Shown here: piece after piece, positions 58,685 to 64,000 of the stretch
Layout of the letters: each line of letters starts with the position of its first letter
How positions within the stretch are numbered: position 1 is the first letter of the stretch
Assembly (NCBI GenBank): GCA_951406725.2
Contig: OX597822.1
Coordinates: forward strand, 62,992,001-63,056,000
DNA: 64,000 nucleotides
Direction: 5' to 3'
DNA from: Octopus vulgaris
Lineage: Eukaryota
Translations under genes and position numbers: made by a program
Notes under the pieces: model-generated
Seen by the model: the letters and a program-made list of their open reading frames with translations, nothing else
Databases searched by the model: none
Told to the model about the DNA's origin: nothing

Positions 58685-58846
58685 GAAGGGCTTCTTTCAG
58701 TTTCCGTCTACCAAATCCACTCACAAGGCTTTGGTCGGCCCGAGGCTATAGTAAGAGACACTTGCCCAAGGTGCCATGCAGTTCGACTGAACCCGGAACC
58801 ATGTGGTTGGTAAGCAAGCTACTCACCACTACACAGCCACTCCTAC
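58050..58846. mobile_element. Tail-to-tail pair of SINE family A copies (+ 58050-58410, - 58425-58846)
   Basis: Adjacent family A matches in opposite orientation. Confidence 0.85.
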
Positions 58847-58848
58847 TC

Positions 58849-58954
<106 letters not shown>

Positions 58955-58975
58955 GTATATATATGTATATATATA

Positions 58976-59021
<46 letters not shown>

Positions 59022-59900
59022 TATATTATTTTGTACTACATTGTATTATAATTACTTTACATTATATTACATCATATATCATATTTTAAAATGCTGCGTT
59101 TGTTTGTGAATACGCTCACTCATGTTTCTATGAGGTATTATTGAGGTATTTTAACCAATTATATGCTAGCTATTCATATTTTCCCAAGGATGCTGCTATC
59201 GTAATTTGCTCTACTTTACCTCATTATATGACAAACACGAGTGCATATGCATGTACGCTTATATGTAGGATGCATGTGCATATATATGCAGGTATAAATA
59301 TACGCATCTCTGTATACATCTATGCATTATGTAAGTATGCATGTTTGCATGCATTTATGCAATTATGTATGTATACATGCATGTATGTATGTCAGAGTGT
59401 TTTTTAGCTTAACTCTGTCACTGCAAATATACATGTGTACGCTAGTTATTATATAAATTTCGAAATATTTTGATAATTTCTTAACCAATTTTATTATATG
59501 ATATTCTTGTTTACTGGACCATTTTTCTCTTAACATACTCCAATCATACTTCAGTATTAAATATATATTTATATATGTATATATTTTATATATATATATA
59601 TAATACTTTTATTTTGCATACTATTACATACAGCTACTCAGTGGTAACAATAACGCTACATAATAACATTTCGATATTCCATAACACAATATGTTAATAT
59701 TCCTTATTATACTGCACCATTATGAAAATGTAATTTTCATTTTTTTTTTTTTAATGAGACTCGTTTTCTTACAAACCATCGAAGGGGCTTGTATGTGGTC
59801 ACTGGATCTGCTAGAAATAGATACCAAATGTCCTTAAATTTACTATATACTGCCTTTAAATGCAATAGCATAATTACAATTGTAAAAACATAGTCTAGGC

Positions 59901-60901
59901 CAGGGGTCGCCAAAGGGGATCCGAGAGACCCTATGGGGAGCGGCGAGGAATTACAGGGGCTCGATGATAACCAAGGGGTCGAATGGGGGCCGGCGTGCGA
60001 AAGACCATCTAGACCAGGGGTCGCCAAAAGGGATCTGAGAGACCCCTTTGGGTCGGCGAGGAATTACAGGGGGTCGATGATAGCCAAGGAGTCGAATGGG
60101 GGTCGGCGTGCGAAGGACCAGCTCACTCAAATGAACTGCTTAAAATACTTAGTGCCATGCCCCTCCCTCACATTGATGTTGTCAATTTCAATAAAAGATA
60201 TTCCAGCAATATGATGCGTTTTTCACATTTTCCAACCGTGAAAACAATTTCATAAAAATTGAAAGTTTCATACCGTATACTCGTATACGTAGCTTTAAAT
60301 GGAAAAAGTGTGTCATCTTCAACAGAATTTCTTAATTTGTCGTACATATATATTCTAGCTGTGGAGACACATGACCTAGTGGTTAGAACAGCGGACTTAC
60401 AGTCGAGGGATCGCGGTTTCGAATCTCAGACCGGGCGATGTGTGTGTTTATGAGCAAAACACCTAAGCTCCACGCGGCTCCAGCAGAAGGTAATGACGGA
60501 CTTCTGCTAACTCTTTCGCCACAACTTTCTCTCACTCTTTCATCCTGCATCTAGCAGCTCACCTGCAATGAACTGGCGTGCCATCCAGGTGGGGAACCTA
60601 TACGCCAATGAAACCGGGAAACCGGCCCATTATGAGTCGGGCATGGCTTGAGAAGGAGCAAACAATATATTCTAGCTAACATTTTAATTACCAGCATCTG
60701 TACTCGGTACGCATTTAAAATATGGTGCGGTAGGGTAGGGTAGGGTATTAAGATATTTTAAATGAGGAAGGTGGTCGATGCGGAAGGATAAGTGACTAAA
60801 GGGGGTCGATGGTCGATGTGGAAGGAGAAGTAGCTAAAGGGGGTCGATGTGGAAGAAGTGGCTAAAGGGGGACGATGGTTGAAAAAATTTGGCGACCCCT
60901 G
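59901..60901. mobile_element. Non-autonomous hAT element
   Basis: TIRs CAGGGGTCGCCAAA / TTTGGCGACCCCTG; 8-bp TSD GTCTAGGC (59893-900) / GTCTAGAC (60902-09); subterminal GGGGTCGA repeats. Confidence 0.9.
60361..60664 (+). mobile_element. SINE family C nested in the hAT element
   Basis: 13-bp TSD ATATATTCTAGCT at 60348-60 and 60665-77. Confidence 0.88.
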
Positions 60902-60974
60902 GTCTAGACGAAGTGTCCGGAAACGGTGGTGGAATTGCTAAATCGTGATTTCTATGTCTTTGAACGTCATCTGT

Positions 60975-61335
60975 AGCAAGTTACTTCCTAACAACGTGAT
61001 TTGGGGTTCAGTTTCAGTGCGTGGTATATTGAGCGGGTGTCTTCTACAATAACTTCGGTCCGACTAAAGCCTTATAAGTGGATTTGTTTGACGGAAACTG
61101 AAGGAAGCTTGCCGTATGTGTATGTGTGTTTGTGTATTTGTATTCGTGTTTGTACTTTTCCCCACCACCGCTTGACGACTGGTGTTGGTTTGTTTACGTC
61201 CCCATAACTTATCAGCTCGGCAATAGAATTGATTGAATGAGTGCCAGGCTCACAAAAATAAGTACTATGGTTGCCTTGTACGACTAAACCCTTCAATGTG
61301 GTGCTGCAGCGTAGCCACAGTCCACTGGCTGAATC
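60975..61335 (+). mobile_element. Diverged SINE family A
   Basis: Degenerate match to family A. Confidence 0.75.
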
Positions 61336-62078
61336 AGCTATAAAAAATTATAGTCTTGACTGGCTGAATCAGCTATAAAAAATGATAGTCTTGAACAAAA
61401 AGAAGGCAGAGTGATCGCAGTGGAAATTTTACTTACACGTCCGTTTAATCAAAACAGAGAAAAACATGAGGATAAACATTTCTTAATGTTATCAGAATTT
61501 TTACTATACTCTCTCATATACCAAGTGATATATCACCATATCACATTTCATAGAAGATTACATTTCATAGAAGTGTGCATCATATCTTATCATGTCATCA
61601 AACATCATGTCGCTCTCTCAATGACACTAATTAACGGTATTTCCTTTACAATTGTGGTAATGAAACCTCTTGTTTGTAATCTCTTTATACTATTTTCGTT
61701 CAAACAAATTCAAATCCGTATTAAACACCCCCATAGCTTCATGAAAATCCAAGTAAGCCCTGGAGTAAAGAAATATTTGTTATTGCTAATGCGTGCTAGA
61801 AATGTGTGACAGAATAAAATTCGAAAGGGTAAATCATTCGTCGCATTAAGTCATTGCAAGCAACAAACAATAACAGTAATTATCTCTTACATTTTCGCAT
61901 CTCCACAAAATTATACAGAAAAGTATCCCCCCATATCTTCCAAGCATATTATTTGTATGAACTGACGAAAGAGAGAGTCAACTCGACGATAGAATTCGAC
62001 AGAACATTAAAGGTTATACTAAAACAAAGCAAGATAATTGGGCCGGCGGTACCGTAACTTTTCATTTTTATTTATGCG

Positions 62079-63751
62079 GGATCTTTTCCTTTTGAAAGCC
62101 AGATTTTCCTAGTTAACTAAACAATTTGAAACTTCGTATACTGGTAGAATGTGTCAAAAGAAAACATAATTGTAAACCAAAATGAAAACGGAATTGTAAT
62201 TTCTAAGTTAAACGTTGTTTAAAAATTCGAATTTTAACCAATGATATTCTTTCTTTCGGCTTCATATTATTTACTACTTCTCAAAATATTGTTACTGTGA
62301 CGTAAACAGCTATTTTGTGACGTAGTTAACATGTAAACATCACCGTCCCATATAACAAAGTCCTAAACAGACAGAATAATAATAAAAATACGGCGGGCTT
62401 TCGAAATAGCTGTCGAGAATAAAATGAAATTTCGATGGTAAATTTTTGGAGGGGTTTCGGTAATTTTCGTCACTCTAAAATACATGTAATTCGCATTAAA
62501 TCTTATTTTTCTGAAAAATCCACGTTTTAAAACATTTTAACTGCCACCCCCTTCTTTAATAATATTTCTTTCCCCAGTAAGTACAAGGCCTGAAGCTGAT
62601 GGGAAGAACTAGTCGATTGTATTCAACTGGTACTTATTCTATAAGCGCCGCCCGAAAGAAGGAAAGCTCAGCAATATTCGAACACGGAACGTAAAGATTC
62701 GTAAGAAATGACGCTAGGCATTTTATCCGATGCACTACCGATTCTGCCAGCTTTACATTATATTTTTCGTCGAAGTTTAACTATGTCACCTTGATGATAT
62801 ATTTTTACGCGTGGACAAATAATAGAGAGATAATGTGGATCAGATGATATTACATGCTGACAAGGGCTTGGTAAAGGACTGTTAGAACGTTTAGGGATAC
62901 GGTCCTATACGTTCGGGTTTCAACCCTCACCGGAATTCAAAACAAGCCGTCTGTTCTTCCACGGTCGAGAAAATACATCGATAAAGTATTGGAGCTCGAT
63001 ATAAATGATTATACCCTCCACTCACCCCAAAATATATGCTTTGTGTCTATAATCAATATTACAAATATATTGTTATTGCTATTTAACTCAGGTCATCCTG
63101 ATAAACCCGGTTGAGGATCAAAGGGTTCCAACTATGACCAACCCGTATTTTTGCTCCTCCCGCTTTTTTTTCAGATATAGCATCTATGATTATATTAGCC
63201 AATGTACCCTTCCTTTAACCCAGTAGTATATGGTTTTAAGGGGATTTGGGTGTTATTCCTAGCACATCGACGGGTGAAAACGCAGAGGGGCCCTGATTAT
63301 GTGCGAGTATGCGTATGGATGGGAACGTGTGTGTATGTGGGTGCATACAAGCCAAATAACCGGTTCAAGGCGTGAGTCAAACTGAAGAATCAAAGCGTGT
63401 GCACAAGTTTATAGTAAATATATACATTGTATAGAGAAAACACCCGAAGCCTATACAAAAACACTGAATATGTGTTTATTATTCATCCAAAGTAAACAGT
63501 ACGTGTGTGCTGTTTACGTCACAGTAACAATATGTTTAGACGGAGCAAATAATTTCAACTGAATACAGAGAATACGATTGGTTAAAATTCGCAGATTTAA
63601 ACTACGTATAAACTTATAAAATACATTTTTGTCAAAAAAACTAATTGAAATTATTGTTTTCTTTTGACACATTCTACCAGTATACGAAGTTTCAAATTAT
63701 TTAGTTAACTAGAAAAATCTGAAAAATCTGGCTTTCAAAAAGAAAAGATCC
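62079..63751. mobile_element. Non-autonomous long-TIR DNA transposon (Mutator- or Merlin-like)
   Basis: Imperfect ~230-bp TIRs starting GGATCTTTTC (62079-62310, 63509-63751); perfect 8-bp TSD TTTATGCG at 62071-78 and 63752-59. Confidence 0.85.
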
Positions 63752-64000
63752 TTTATGCGCCCTTTTCAAGCCTAGCCAGGCTCAGGGGCCCGGTTTCCCG
63801 GTTTCTATGGCGTATATATATACTCTCTTTAACCCCCCCCCCGCAGCTGGACGGGACGCCAGTCCATCGCAGCATTACTCAAGAAATAGGAAGAAAGAGT
63901 GAGAGAAAGAGTACAACAGGGGTCACCACCACCCCCTGCCGGAGCCCCGTGGAACTTTAGGTGTTTTCGCTCAATAAATAAACACAACGCCCGGTCTGGG

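Overview
AT-rich, microsatellite-saturated animal genomic DNA. The SINE families and repeat landscape suggest an octopus or other coleoid cephalopod (inference). The only convincing host coding sequence is one + strand exon (about 9189-9621) encoding the Cys-rich N-terminus of a class B1 (calcitonin/CGRP-receptor-like) GPCR. It ends in a GTAAGT donor, and I found no later exon, so the remaining ~54 kb is probably one intron. That region is packed with tRNA-derived SINEs, mariner/Tc1 elements (one full length), hAT elements, Helitrons, LINE fragments (RTE, CR1-like, R4/Dong-like) and a long-TIR element with an 8-bp TSD. The most striking unannotated signal is a set of short elements embedded in (TA)n tracts that carry type I hammerhead-ribozyme motifs: about 10 motifs from about 7 sequence families. 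They have palindromic helix III, often very long helix II and recurrent CCGA/UUGA core variants. Several occur as head-to-head foldbacks of 0.5-1 kb, consistent with Penelope-like/retrozyme retroelements. All structures were read by eye and none was computationally folded or searched.
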